From IMG/VR virus record IMGVR_UViG_3300014168_000003, positions 1 through 64,000 of that record: a stretch of DNA of 64,000 bases. One strand, given 5' to 3'. Below are positions 17,264 through 26,255 of this stretch, in pieces. The notes beneath the pieces are model-generated. The model had not been told where the DNA came from and did not search any database. It saw only the letters and a program-made list of their open reading frames with translations. A program made the translations under genes and the position numbers. This stretch comes from a virus. Its lineage: Duplodnaviria > Caudoviricetes. Within the stretch, counting starts at the first letter, position 1. The number at the start of each line of letters is the position of its first letter.

Positions 17264-19219
17264 TCACCATTTCTCAGAAAACTCGAACGATTTCTTCTTG
17301 TTCTTATTACTCTCTTTGGGCTCCTTCTCGAAGCTCATCACATAATCTTCCCCCTCCCCTATTGCTTCTGCGAGAATTTTACCCTTCAGATAGTCCCCCA
17401 TCTTGGTAGTTTTGACATGGGCAGTCAAAAGTTCTCTGAACTCCTTATCGTCATTCAGTGTCTCCATGCCGCTAGATAGGTCTAGATCATTTCCGGTATC
17501 CAACAACCCCGCCGCATGGGACTCTCCGAGGATGATGTCAAACACCCCCTTTTTGCCTCGCAGCGTATCGATCACATATTCATCAATCGTGCCCTTCGCA
17601 CATATCACATGCAGGGTGCAGACTGAGTGGGGACTTGACATGCGGACCATCCGACCCACCAATTGGATCAATGCCCCCCAGCCCCATGGAGCATCCAAAA
17701 GAATCATGTGGGCTGATTGCTGAAGATTAGCTCCTTCCATAATGGCTGTGTTGATGAACAACAGGTTATGGTCAGGATCAGTCTGGAACAACCGTTTATT
17801 GGTATCCCGTTGTTTCTCATCTTCAGCCCCAGTGATACGGAGGAATTTTCGATCAGTGTAATGCCCCTCTTTGCAGAGGTGTTCAAATCGATCAATCCAT
17901 TTCCTGGATTTAGTAAAGACCAGAACCTTCTCTCCTGCAAGTTCTCCGTCTAGAAGCTCAAGCAGGGCCTCTTCCTTGGGGCTGAGAGACCTAGTGAAGA
18001 AGGCTTTCTTATCCGTAGGGTCAATCAGGCAGGGGTGATTCGAGATCAACTGCATGACCGACAACATGGTCATCCGATTATCCGCATCTCGTTCCTTCTC
18101 TATGAGTTCCCCGGCTATCTTGTGGATAGAAGGCGGGAGCACCAGTTTCTTACTCCTGATGTCCTCCAGCATTTTAATCTGCTTAGCATCCAGATCAATC
18201 GGGTGGTAGAGGGTAGTGAGTTTTGGCAACGGCTCCTTTACCTGAGCACAGGAACGACCCAGATAGAAGGGACGCATCCCGATTTTGAACTCTTTAACGT
18301 TCCGATAGCCAACCAGCGAAGGCTTTTGTCTCCCGTTACCGATATAGGACATCTGATACTTACAGAACCGATCCCTGAACTTAGACATCCCTCCGAAGGG
18401 GCGGATTCCGATTGCGCTGGCAATACTATAGAACTCATCCAGACTATTCTGAATGACCGTAGCGGTCATGGCCCACACTCGCCCCACTCGGCTCTGCAAC
18501 TCCAAAATCATCTTGCGAACCTGGGTGGTAGTGGATTTGAATTTCTGAGCCTCATCACAGATCAGGATCAGTTTCTCTCCGTAGGGCTCCACAATCTGGA
18601 TCAGGTCTTTCACTTCCTGGCTCAGTTCTTCTCGTTGGCCCTTCTCAATGGGGTAGCCCTGCTCATCAAACTCACCTTCCAGTGATTTGGTTCTGCCGAT
18701 GAGAGAGGAGTATTTGCATATCATCACATCGCACATGTCATTTTTGAGGAAGTCTTTAATCTGAGCAAGCCTAGCCTGCGATCCTTTTAATCCTTTATAA
18801 GAATCAGTAGCCACATGAGTCCGGAGTGTAGTGAACTCATCAAACCCCTCCGTCTTCCACTGATAGGTGGTTGATTTAGTGCCAAGGACCAGGATTTTAC
18901 AACCGTGCTTCTCATGCAGGTACGCAGCCGCAGCAATGCTCTCTAGGGTCTTACCCAGCCCCGTTCCTTCCCCGTTGATAAATCGATGCATCTTGATCAG
19001 ATGAGCCGTCATCTGGGTCTGAAAATTCTTGAGCTTTACAGGCTTATGCTGAGTCAGAGAGAACTCTCGAAAGCAAGATGGGACGGGCACTGGAATAGGC
19101 CCATCCTCTGGATCGTGCTTTCGGATTCGATACAGTAACTCCAGCATCTTCACTGGGATGCCTTCATTTTCCGTATACGGTGTAACCAGTGGGCACTGTT
19201 CGTCCACGCTTATCCTCAC
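17264..19219 (-). CDS. SNF2-family (SF2) helicase
   Basis: GEGTGLGKT, CDEAQ, AMTATVIQN, KVLVFT, EGANLQ, QLVGRMVR. Confidence 0.92.
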   Translation of the reverse strand: MRISVDEQCPLVTPYTENEGIPVKMLELLYRIRKHDPEDGPIPVPVPSCFREFSLTQHKPVKLKNFQTQMTAHLIKMHRFINGEGTGLGKTLESIAAAAYLHEKHGCKILVLGTKSTTYQWKTEGFDEFTTLRTHVATDSYKGLKGSQARLAQIKDFLKNDMCDVMICKYSSLIGRTKSLEGEFDEQGYPIEKGQREELSQEVKDLIQIVEPYGEKLILICDEAQKFKSTTTQVRKMILELQSRVGRVWAMTATVIQNSLDEFYSIASAIGIRPFGGMSKFRDRFCKYQMSYIGNGRQKPSLVGYRNVKEFKIGMRPFYLGRSCAQVKEPLPKLTTLYHPIDLDAKQIKMLEDIRSKKLVLPPSIHKIAGELIEKERDADNRMTMLSVMQLISNHPCLIDPTDKKAFFTRSLSPKEEALLELLDGELAGEKVLVFTKSRKWIDRFEHLCKEGHYTDRKFLRITGAEDEKQRDTNKRLFQTDPDHNLLFINTAIMEGANLQQSAHMILLDAPWGWGALIQLVGRMVRMSSPHSVCTLHVICAKGTIDEYVIDTLRGKKGVFDIILGESHAAGLLDTGNDLDLSSGMETLNDDKEFRELLTAHVKTTKMGDYLKGKILAEAIGEGEDYVMSFEKEPKESNKNKKKSFEFSEKW

Positions 19220-19225
19220 CTTACG

Positions 19226-19233
19226 TATTACTC
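19226..19233 (-). promoter_or_regulatory. Promoter-like motif GAGTAATA upstream of SNF2
   Basis: Recurrent octamer, 6 nt before the GTG start. Confidence 0.6.
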
Positions 19234-19407
19234 GTATTTCCAGGTTGGGGGCTCTTCCACCGCATCAGAAAGATGTAATTTGACACTTGATTCTGAGTGT
19301 CTGCCGATCCCGTGTCGATGCTTTTTGATTTCTTTATGATCCTTCTGGTCAATCGCCGTGTCCATCAGATCTTCAATATCTTCAACCTTCTTGGGCCTCT
19401 GCGTCAT
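19228..19407 (-). CDS. Small protein (59 aa, not in ORF track)
   Basis: Manual translation MTQRPKKVEDIEDLMD...PPTWKYE*; AAGGAG RBS. Confidence 0.55.
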   Translation of the reverse strand: MTQRPKKVEDIEDLMDTAIDQKDHKEIKKHRHGIGRHSESSVKLHLSDAVEEPPTWKYE

Positions 19408-19696
19408 CGTACGCTCCTTTAGCGAGTAGGTGATTAATCACAAACTGCGGTTTGGTCTGGTACCATCGTCCCTTGGTCTTCCATTCTACTATCATATTAC
19501 TTGATAATTCGAATCTGCCAAAGGTAGGGTCATCAACCATCAAGGCGTATTTCACAGCTTTATCAAATGAATAAATGGCCAGCCACACTTGGGGGAACAA
19601 CCAGCCGTTGACGCGCAATTCCAACTGGTGGATGCGGTAGTCAACGGGAAACATGTCAGTTCCCGGTATGACTGGGGTTGCGCTCCAATTCTGCAA
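19382..19696 (-). CDS. Hypothetical protein
   Basis: 104-aa ORF; true start may lie further downstream. Confidence 0.6.
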   Translation of the reverse strand: MQNWSATPVIPGTDMFPVDYRIHQLELRVNGWLFPQVWLAIYSFDKAVKYALMVDDPTFGRFELSSNMIVEWKTKGRWYQTKPQFVINHLLAKGAYDDAEAQEG

Positions 19697-19898
19697 TACC
19701 CTTATCGGTTATAGCAAAAATACGCTCTCCGCTGTCATACGTGGCCGTGGGCCGGATGAACTTCCTCTGAGTCAGCCTATACATAAGCAGATCGTTATCA
19801 TAGGGAAGCGCAGATTCATCAATCACCCCACCCTGACGTAGGATGCGATCCAACACCTGACAAGACTGTTTCACGGTGTCCATTGTGTCCCCTTTCAA
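19656..19898 (-). CDS. Hypothetical protein, possible winged helix
   Basis: Ends in FAITDKGIAEL, resembling the wHTH Y-x-(I/L)T-x-x-G signature. Confidence 0.55.
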   Translation of the reverse strand: MKGDTMDTVKQSCQVLDRILRQGGVIDESALPYDNDLLMYRLTQRKFIRPTATYDSGERIFAITDKGIAELERNPSHTGN

Positions 19899-19928
19899 GA
19901 GAAGCTCGTAGTGGTAAACTAGCTGGTT

Positions 19929-20714
19929 TCAGTCCTTCGAAACGATTTGCTTTTTACGACTTTTGCGCCTACTCCTCCACCATGTTGAATACGCCAACGC
20001 TGTGATGAGAGCAGCCACAACTCCTAATACTGCTCCCCAGCCAGGGCCGTTGGTGATAGTATGGTTCAGACTGAAGAAAAGAGAAGAGGGAAATTTTGAG
20101 ACAACATCAAGATGAAGGGGCCGGGTTGAAATATCTGTTCCAGCCGTATCATTCTCTGCAAAAATCTTGAGGGTGAAAAGAAGGTCTACTTTACCCTTAC
20201 GGAGTGGGGTAACCTCATACCGCCAAGTGGCCGGATAGCCCTTGGGAGCCCTGTGCTGCCTTTCCTGCTGTCCTGGGGCGGGAGCGATGTCAAACTGCCC
20301 TGGAAGGGCTCCTTGAAGGGCTACGAGGTAATATGCAGATACGGGAACAAGGGTGGCACCGATGCCAATTTCATTCGAATGAGAAGCGTCTGCCACCAGA
20401 TCTGGTTCAGCGATAACTACTGTGATGATTCCGGTCTTCCCCACCGTCCAAACGGAAGTATCGGTCTCCACTTCTAAGGTGTCCATAGCCTCCTTCTCAG
20501 GGGGTTTAGGAGGTGGCTTAGGCGTGGCCGCTACCTTCAGATGTGACTGCTTGACTGCCTTTGCCACAGACTTCGAGATGGCCTGCTCCTCCACCTTAGT
20601 CTGGGCTGTCGTTTCGACCGGAGCAGGCAGAGCTACCCGCACAGGTGGAGGCATCTTCCCACAATTTATCATTAGTAACAATCCCATCATTAGGGTAAAA
20701 CATATGGGTCGCAT
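19929..20714 (-). CDS. Putative lipoprotein/membrane protein
   Basis: Hydrophobic signal ending in LLMINC, Pro-rich linker, Ig-like beta region, C-terminal TM and basic tail. Confidence 0.65.
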   Translation of the reverse strand: MRPICFTLMMGLLLMINCGKMPPPVRVALPAPVETTAQTKVEEQAISKSVAKAVKQSHLKVAATPKPPPKPPEKEAMDTLEVETDTSVWTVGKTGIITVVIAEPDLVADASHSNEIGIGATLVPVSAYYLVALQGALPGQFDIAPAPGQQERQHRAPKGYPATWRYEVTPLRKGKVDLLFTLKIFAENDTAGTDISTRPLHLDVVSKFPSSLFFSLNHTITNGPGWGAVLGVVAALITALAYSTWWRSRRKSRKKQIVSKD

Positions 20715-20750
20715 GGCTACCCCCTCTACAGGAGGAATAAAAAGTCTGGG

Positions 20751-20782
20751 AATAAAAAACCGGGGCTCATCAAAGCCCCGGT
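20751..20782 (-). terminator. Rho-independent terminator
   Basis: ACCGGGGCT-TTGATG-AGCCCCGGT followed by TTTTTATT. Confidence 0.85.
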
Positions 20783-20816
20783 CTACTCATCAACTTGCTT
20801 TTCTCTTGGGATCCGG

Positions 20817-21023
20817 TTAGGACTGCTTGCGGACGTACTTGGATCCGCGCTTGCTGCCCTCCAGGGTGCAGAAGTTCTCGGCAATCAAGGACTTGAATCC
20901 CTTACGGACGAGATTGGCGTTGTCGAGTTCAGTGCTGAGGGCTCTGATCTGCTTGACAGTGAGCGTATCAGTCTTGGCGAACTCTCCTCTGATGACTGAG
21001 GTTACATCGGGTTTGGTGGTCAT
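20817..21023 (-). CDS. Small basic DNA-binding protein (winged-helix-like)
   Basis: 68 aa, ends GSKRGSKYV wing; own motif upstream and terminator downstream. Confidence 0.6.
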   Translation of the reverse strand: MTTKPDVTSVIRGEFAKTDTLTVKQIRALSTELDNANLVRKGFKSLIAENFCTLEGSKRGSKYVRKQS

Positions 21024-21075
21024 ATGACTCTCCTTTGAGTTAACGGGGTGCGGAGGATTCCGCTGGTATGTTATG

Positions 21076-21083
21076 TATTACTC
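21076..21083 (-). promoter_or_regulatory. Promoter-like motif GAGTAATA
   Basis: 13/14 match to the 14-mer at 837 and 19221. Confidence 0.6.
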
Positions 21084-21323
21084 GAAATGGTGGTGCTTTT
21101 GTTCGGAAAGTTTGTTCTCTTCCTTGCAATTTTCACAAATCAAAACTCCGTCCAGGGCATCCATCTGATCTACCATGGACAGTTCAGCCAAGTCGAAGGG
21201 AGCCCTGCACTGGAGGCAGCAAGGAATTGCCTTGGAGCCTGCCGGAGCCCTTTTCTCATATGTCGAGCGTGTCCCACCCTTCGGTTCTATACGGTCTAAC
21301 TTACTAAGGCTCAAGACACCCAC
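21078..21323 (-). CDS. Small Zn-finger protein
   Basis: CLQC...CENC; AAGGAG RBS before TTG. Confidence 0.6.
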   Translation of the reverse strand: MGVLSLSKLDRIEPKGGTRSTYEKRAPAGSKAIPCCLQCRAPFDLAELSMVDQMDALDGVLICENCKEENKLSEQKHHHFE

Positions 21324-21362
21324 CCAAACTCCTTCTACCTGCTCTACTAATACTGCGTTTTG

Positions 21363-21638
21363 TCATGACTGCTGCGAAAGACTTTGAAGGCCGACGAGAG
21401 ATTTCGCCATTGAATCCTTGGCCAATTGTTTTAGGTCTTCCATGGACATTTCATGCCAATCGGCCTCAGCGGGATCCTTCACGAGGATGCTACCGATGGG
21501 GCCGAGTAGAGAATCAAGAGGGATAATTTGGAAAGCTGAATCTCGAAGTTCCACCCTTCCGCTGTAGTCGGTGCTGCCATGCACTGGCTTAAAAAAAGCC
21601 ATGTACTCATGATCTCCGATTTTAGCAAGAAGGCACAC
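21363..21638 (-). CDS. Hypothetical protein (likely start ATG 21602)
   Basis: ORF between neighbours; GGAG upstream of the internal ATG. Confidence 0.55.
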   Translation of the reverse strand: MCLLAKIGDHEYMAFFKPVHGSTDYSGRVELRDSAFQIIPLDSLLGPIGSILVKDPAEADWHEMSMEDLKQLAKDSMAKSLVGLQSLSQQS

Positions 21639-21649
21639 ATTGACCTCGA

Positions 21650-22156
21650 TTAGAGACTTAGACCGAGGATCTTTTCTGCCAGTGCGACCCAGTTAGTGGG
21701 CTGCTGGTCTACCCAGATACTCACTAACATGGAGAGAAGCGCATCCTTGAGATGGTCAGCCAGCACCCCAAAAAGCCCCCCAAAAGTAATGGACTGACCC
21801 ACAATCTGAATAGCCACTGCCAGGACGATTTCATTGTCGATCTTACTTCCCAAGGTTCCGGCAGGATCATACTGTTTCAGAATGGCAGTCTTTGCCAACT
21901 CGCAAGCTGAGGCGACCAAGGCGATCAGGGTTTCCACATCGGCCATGGTGGTCCACAGAGCGGGGGGAACACAGCACTTCGGCCAATCGAGGGACTTGAT
22001 GACAGCCAACTCTGCCTTTGCGGGAGAGAGATTCAGATACTGCTGAACCGCTGCTTCGAACTGTGCCTTGTTGATCTGAATAGTGATGGCTGGGACGGAG
22101 GGAGCAGGTGCTCCGGTTGCTCCAGTGGCTCCGGTAGCGTTGATGGGTGATGCCAT
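21650..22156 (-). CDS. Hypothetical protein with hydrophobic C-terminus
   Basis: 168 aa; AGGAG RBS; N-terminal ATGATGATG collagen-like stub. Confidence 0.7.
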   Translation of the reverse strand: MASPINATGATGATGAPAPSVPAITIQINKAQFEAAVQQYLNLSPAKAELAVIKSLDWPKCCVPPALWTTMADVETLIALVASACELAKTAILKQYDPAGTLGSKIDNEIVLAVAIQIVGQSITFGGLFGVLADHLKDALLSMLVSIWVDQQPTNWVALAEKILGLSL

Positions 22157-22208
22157 GTTGTATCTCCTATGATGTCAAAAAGGGGGAAGTTCCTCACCTA
22201 TTCTAGGT

Positions 22209-22286
22209 ACTGAATATTCAGTTTATTAAGGTCGAAATGGTAATTTTATGTTGTTGAGAAACCTGCATAAAATTACCATTTCGACC
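22209..22286. repeat. 14-bp palindrome plus perfect 21-bp inverted repeat
   Basis: ACTGAATATTCAGT at 22209-22222; arms GGTCGAAATGGTAATTTTATG (22230-22250) and CATAAAATTACCATTTCGACC (22266-22286). Confidence 0.95.
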
Positions 22287-22302
22287 CGTGGTTAAAAACG
22301 CA

Positions 22303-23184
22303 TTATTTTGCACCAAACCTATACGTATAAAGGACTGTCCACCCATTATTCACATAACCAGTGGCGATCCCAGATACTGGAGAGAACTGCTTTCCGATCA
22401 GACCACTCAGACGGGGTTTTCCAGTTTGCATATCATAACTGGATCCGATCATAAACGTATATTTTGGTGTTGGAGCAGTTCTGGCAATATCCGACTGACT
22501 AAAATAGGCATCCCCGTTGATTAAGGGGATTTGCTCAGTTCCAATCTTGACCGATCCGTTGTACACATCCCTAGATAGTGTAAGTGCTGCCCTTGCACCA
22601 TCCCCACTGGTTCTCCACTCTCCATAACTTGCTGTAAATTTTTCGGTGTGGTTGTCCCACTGACTCTTAAGTCCGGAAGAGGCTGGATCATATGTGAGAT
22701 TGAGAGCAGTCAGCGGGGGGGCCGACCCTCTATCCTGGGTCAGAGTCGTGCTAAAGCCCCCAGTCGGAGTTTTCTGCACGGTAGTTTGACCCATAGCGGA
22801 TAATTGCCCCTGGATTTGCCCAACCGCTGTGGCAAGATTTGTGAGAGTCCCATCCTGTTTAGCCACAGCCGCATTAAAGGCAGACCCCATCTGAGCCTTA
22901 ACCTTATCTTCCAAATCTGACTGAGTAACCACATGCCCTGCAAGCTGGTCCACCTTATCAGAAAGAGCCTGGAACTGAGCCATTTGAGTCTGAGCGATTG
23001 CTTGAGTCGGCATATTACGCTTTGTTACCCACCACGTGATCCCAATAGCTAGAATTAGAATCAGAAAATGCCCACCACTGAAATTAATGGTAGGCATTTG
23101 AAATCTGGGAGGGTCCACAGGAAGCGGGGTAATAGCTGGAGATGGGACCAGTGCTGGAGCTGAAGTGAATTGTGTGTCAGGCAT
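22303..23184 (-). CDS. Membrane-anchored protein with coiled coil and beta-rich C-terminus (spanin-like candidate)
   Basis: N-terminal TM FLILILAIGITWW, coiled segment, amphipathic beta strands ending LYTYRFGAK. Confidence 0.6.
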   Translation of the reverse strand: MPDTQFTSAPALVPSPAITPLPVDPPRFQMPTINFSGGHFLILILAIGITWWVTKRNMPTQAIAQTQMAQFQALSDKVDQLAGHVVTQSDLEDKVKAQMGSAFNAAVAKQDGTLTNLATAVGQIQGQLSAMGQTTVQKTPTGGFSTTLTQDRGSAPPLTALNLTYDPASSGLKSQWDNHTEKFTASYGEWRTSGDGARAALTLSRDVYNGSVKIGTEQIPLINGDAYFSQSDIARTAPTPKYTFMIGSSYDMQTGKPRLSGLIGKQFSPVSGIATGYVNNGWTVLYTYRFGAK

Positions 23185-23247
23185 ATAAATTTCCCTTTAA
23201 GCTGCATAAAAGAAAATCAGAACACACTCTTAGGAATTACCTTTGAA

Positions 23248-24036
23248 CTAAGAGGGTTTAGCGGGGTAGCCCTTCTTCTTATAGCCGAACACCCATCCCT
23301 CTGCTAAAAACCCAGGAATATCGATTTCCTGAACTCGTCTAGATTCGTGACTATTGTTCATCCACTTGCCCCTTGGAAGGGCGCGTAGCTTAGCTTTGGT
23401 CTCTTCAGAAGAATGTGTACCTTCGTGTAGCTCAGATAAATGCTGTCGTTGTTCTATCGAAAGGTGCCCACCTTTATTCCAGCCCACCTTCCCAGCATTT
23501 TTTCCTAAATTACTTAACCCTATTTTCTTTTTGGTTTCTTCAGAGGGGAGGTATCCCTCTCTAGTTTTAAGCATTCGCTGTCGTATGGTTGGATCATCTT
23601 GGTGCATTTTCTTCATTCGTTCTGATTGTCGTTGTCGCTGCTCAGGTGTTAGCTTCATGCCCAATGTAGTAGACGGAGTAGGTGAGATGTTATAACCGTT
23701 ATCAATAACATCGTAAACCCCCATCCAGTATTTCTCTCTAGCATTAAGAATTGAAGGAGTCTTTTCACAAACTTCCAAAATACCAAAGACCCAATCTTGA
23801 GGAGAATATTTATCCCAGGCAGCCTGTAATTTTTGATGCTTGTTTTTGTAAGCTCCTCGCATCAAACACTTCCAATGGTTGTACCATCGTCCATATATCC
23901 CTGTCTTTCCAGCAGCTTGTCCGACATAAGATTTTCCAGATTTCTTATTATATATCCTATATACTCCAATAATTACTTCAGAAAACCCATTAGCTGAATG
24001 AAAGTAGTTTCTTTGTTCAATATTTCGGTATGGCAT
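23248..24036 (-). CDS. Free-standing GIY-YIG homing endonuclease with NUMOD3-like repeats
   Basis: IGVYRIYN...YVGQA...RW; repeats such as SEETKKKIG and SEETKAKL; AT-rich relative to its flanks. Confidence 0.9.
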   Translation of the reverse strand: MPYRNIEQRNYFHSANGFSEVIIGVYRIYNKKSGKSYVGQAAGKTGIYGRWYNHWKCLMRGAYKNKHQKLQAAWDKYSPQDWVFGILEVCEKTPSILNAREKYWMGVYDVIDNGYNISPTPSTTLGMKLTPEQRQRQSERMKKMHQDDPTIRQRMLKTREGYLPSEETKKKIGLSNLGKNAGKVGWNKGGHLSIEQRQHLSELHEGTHSSEETKAKLRALPRGKWMNNSHESRRVQEIDIPGFLAEGWVFGYKKKGYPAKPS

Positions 24037-24075
24037 AACTATCTCCCTGTAGCATATCTATACAAGGAGGTAGTT
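24037..24075 (-). promoter_or_regulatory. Hairpin sequestering the RBS of the GIY-YIG gene
   Basis: Minus strand AACTACCTCCTTGTA-TAGATATGC-TACAGGGAGATAGTT directly before the ATG; 14/15 pairs including one G-U. Confidence 0.75.
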
Positions 24076-24096
24076 AGTTGTGTTCTTTTCCAAACC

Positions 24097-25179
24097 TTAT
24101 TTTCTAGAATTTAAAATCCTCACATAATTCAGGCAACCAGAAGCGGTCGCATCAAACGGAGTTGCAGAAAGTCTGGCCTCTGAAACTTTAAATCTCACAT
24201 CAAGGTTTTCCATGAAAATTTTGTTGAAAAGTTTCATAAAATTAGGAGATTTAGTAGTGCCTCCGGCCAAAACAACCGGAATCATCCCAGGAATCTCTAC
24301 CCTATTCTCATTGAAAGCAAAATATTTATTAGTTGCATTGACCAACTTAGTAATTAGGTCAGTATAGGCTACTGAGATAGCTTCAGCTTGCCGTTCAGTC
24401 TGAGTGTCATCAAACTCACCCTGAGCCGTTACCACCCCTGTCATCAAATCAACACCCCGCTCCTTCAACAAGGTGATATGAGAGAGGGTGGAATCAGTTG
24501 CCTTTGCTGCCATATGGTCGATGTAGTCTCCGCCAAATGGAAGGGCAAAGGACTTAACTGGTATTGATTTAAAGGTAAGGGCTAAATTTGATGTGCCAGC
24601 CCCAAAACTAATGGCCAATCCAGTGAGGGGCACTTCATCCTTGTTCTTTGGGGAAACAGTCTCATTGAAACATACAGAGACCGCCTCATTGACCGGACGG
24701 GCTGTATAACCCAGATCAGTGATGAGATTCTTGAAGAAACTAGTATGGAAGGCAAGAGAGGTATCCCCACTAGTCTTAGGGGCAACAGTGGACTCAAGGT
24801 CAAAGATAGGGCCGGGGACTGAGAAGGCCACGAGTTCCCCCGGAACCTGGGGTTTGCCAAGGATCTGTTGAAGGATGAGTTGGAGAATCTCCTTACCATC
24901 CTCTTCTTTAGGACTGATAAAGCCCTTGCTGAGAGGGCGGCGTAGCTCCCCTCCGAGTACACCAATCAGGTTGATCGCATCATTGCCGACCACATAGACT
25001 TCTTCCGCACCCTCAATAAACTCCACTCCAGCGATTTCCAATGCAGGAGATTGGTCGAGAGGAAGAGCCAGGAAGCAATCTCTTACTGAGCTAATTTTGA
25101 CTTTATTGTCGATGTCAGATTTGGCAGAGACGATGTAGGCGGTACCAATATCTAATCCTATTCCGGTGGTGTTTGGCAT
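24097..25179 (-). CDS. Actin-fold ATPase (MreB/ParM/FtsA superfamily)
   Basis: Phosphate-1 IGLDIGTA, RRPL..G, connect-1 NEAVSV, phosphate-2 ISFGAGTSN, FGGDYID, adenosine VVLAGGT. Confidence 0.88.
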   Translation of the reverse strand: MPNTTGIGLDIGTAYIVSAKSDIDNKVKISSVRDCFLALPLDQSPALEIAGVEFIEGAEEVYVVGNDAINLIGVLGGELRRPLSKGFISPKEEDGKEILQLILQQILGKPQVPGELVAFSVPGPIFDLESTVAPKTSGDTSLAFHTSFFKNLITDLGYTARPVNEAVSVCFNETVSPKNKDEVPLTGLAISFGAGTSNLALTFKSIPVKSFALPFGGDYIDHMAAKATDSTLSHITLLKERGVDLMTGVVTAQGEFDDTQTERQAEAISVAYTDLITKLVNATNKYFAFNENRVEIPGMIPVVLAGGTTKSPNFMKLFNKIFMENLDVRFKVSEARLSATPFDATASGCLNYVRILNSRK

Positions 25180-26255
25180 TTTGACTCCTTGGTCAGTTTA
25201 ATTTTTATTACTGTAGAATGTTGATTCGATTTATCCGAGGTTTCACTTTTCGGGGGTAGGATCGAATGTTCATCCAATTCCGCGATCATTTTTGGGGAGA
25301 AACGGTAAGAATCACCGTAATACTTAACCACATCCTTGTAGGTTTTGATCCGACTATCATCTTTGAACAGAGTCTCCATGATGGCCTGTTTAAGGATTGA
25401 ATAGAAGATAAACGCACTCTTTGGTTTTTTGATGTCGCTAGACTCAATGGCCGCTAATGTTTCTTTAATTATAACTTTTGGGTCTTTGATGCCACTGAAT
25501 ATCAACTTCTTTGTCATGGCAGTCACCGTCTTCTGCCGACCATACTTGACTTTTTTCTCATCCGGTTCGTCAGATGGGAGAGGTTCGGTAACCTCTACAA
25601 CAAACTCCAGATCTTTGGCCAAAGTCATGATGGCCTCATCACTGTACTCTTTCACATACTCATCCACCAGATCAGAATAATAGAACACCCTAGAGTGAGG
25701 AGGCACAAAACTCAAATCCTTAAGATTGTGTAGGGGGGTGTCGATGAACATTTGCCTTGTCTTGAGTTCGACTCTGACCAGGGCATAACCCCGATCTATA
25801 CGAGACACATGTCCACAGAACCCTTTGTCCAAACCATCCAGAATACGAACAAAAGAGCCGACCTGAATAGATTCGGGGCTCTTCATGAACTTCTCTTCAG
25901 TCGTCTTGATCAGGTCTTGGACGTAATCGTCTTCCACCATCAGAGCCTTATCGATCCGCTGCTGCTCTCCCTCACAAAGGACTCCCACCACACCCGTGAC
26001 TCCTTTGAATTTCTGCAATTCTTTCTTTCGATCAGAGCGAAGGAACACATAGGAGGAGGTGGATAGGCTGAACAGATTAAGATCTCGGTCTTCAATCGGA
26101 ACAAACACTTCACAAGATCCCCCATCCTTGAAGATGGTGGGCATGGTTTTACCAACACGACGAATCACATTCTCTACCGTTCGCTCCGACCTGACTTCAA
26201 GGATATACCACTTGAGTCCCTTGAGCTTTTTGATATCACCGTATTGAAGAATCAC
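25158..26255 (-). CDS. nusG: NusG/RfaH-like transcription factor with C-terminal extension
   Basis: NGN domain (KWYILEV...EVFVP...SYVFL...GVVG) and KOW (IQVGSFVRILDGLDKGFCGHV); about 175 extra aa. Confidence 0.85.
   Translation of the reverse strand: MILQYGDIKKLKGLKWYILEVRSERTVENVIRRVGKTMPTIFKDGGSCEVFVPIEDRDLNLFSLSTSSYVFLRSDRKKELQKFKGVTGVVGVLCEGEQQRIDKALMVEDDYVQDLIKTTEEKFMKSPESIQVGSFVRILDGLDKGFCGHVSRIDRGYALVRVELKTRQMFIDTPLHNLKDLSFVPPHSRVFYYSDLVDEYVKEYSDEAIMTLAKDLEFVVEVTEPLPSDEPDEKKVKYGRQKTVTAMTKKLIFSGIKDPKVIIKETLAAIESSDIKKPKSAFIFYSILKQAIMETLFKDDSRIKTYKDVVKYYGDSYRFSPKMIAELDEHSILPPKSETSDKSNQHSTVIKIKLTKESKCQTPPE

Noticed and set aside
23185-24096. Group I intron around the first GIY-YIG gene
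   Set aside because: Flanks are short, lack P7/R/S elements, and both neighbouring genes are complete; treated as free-standing.
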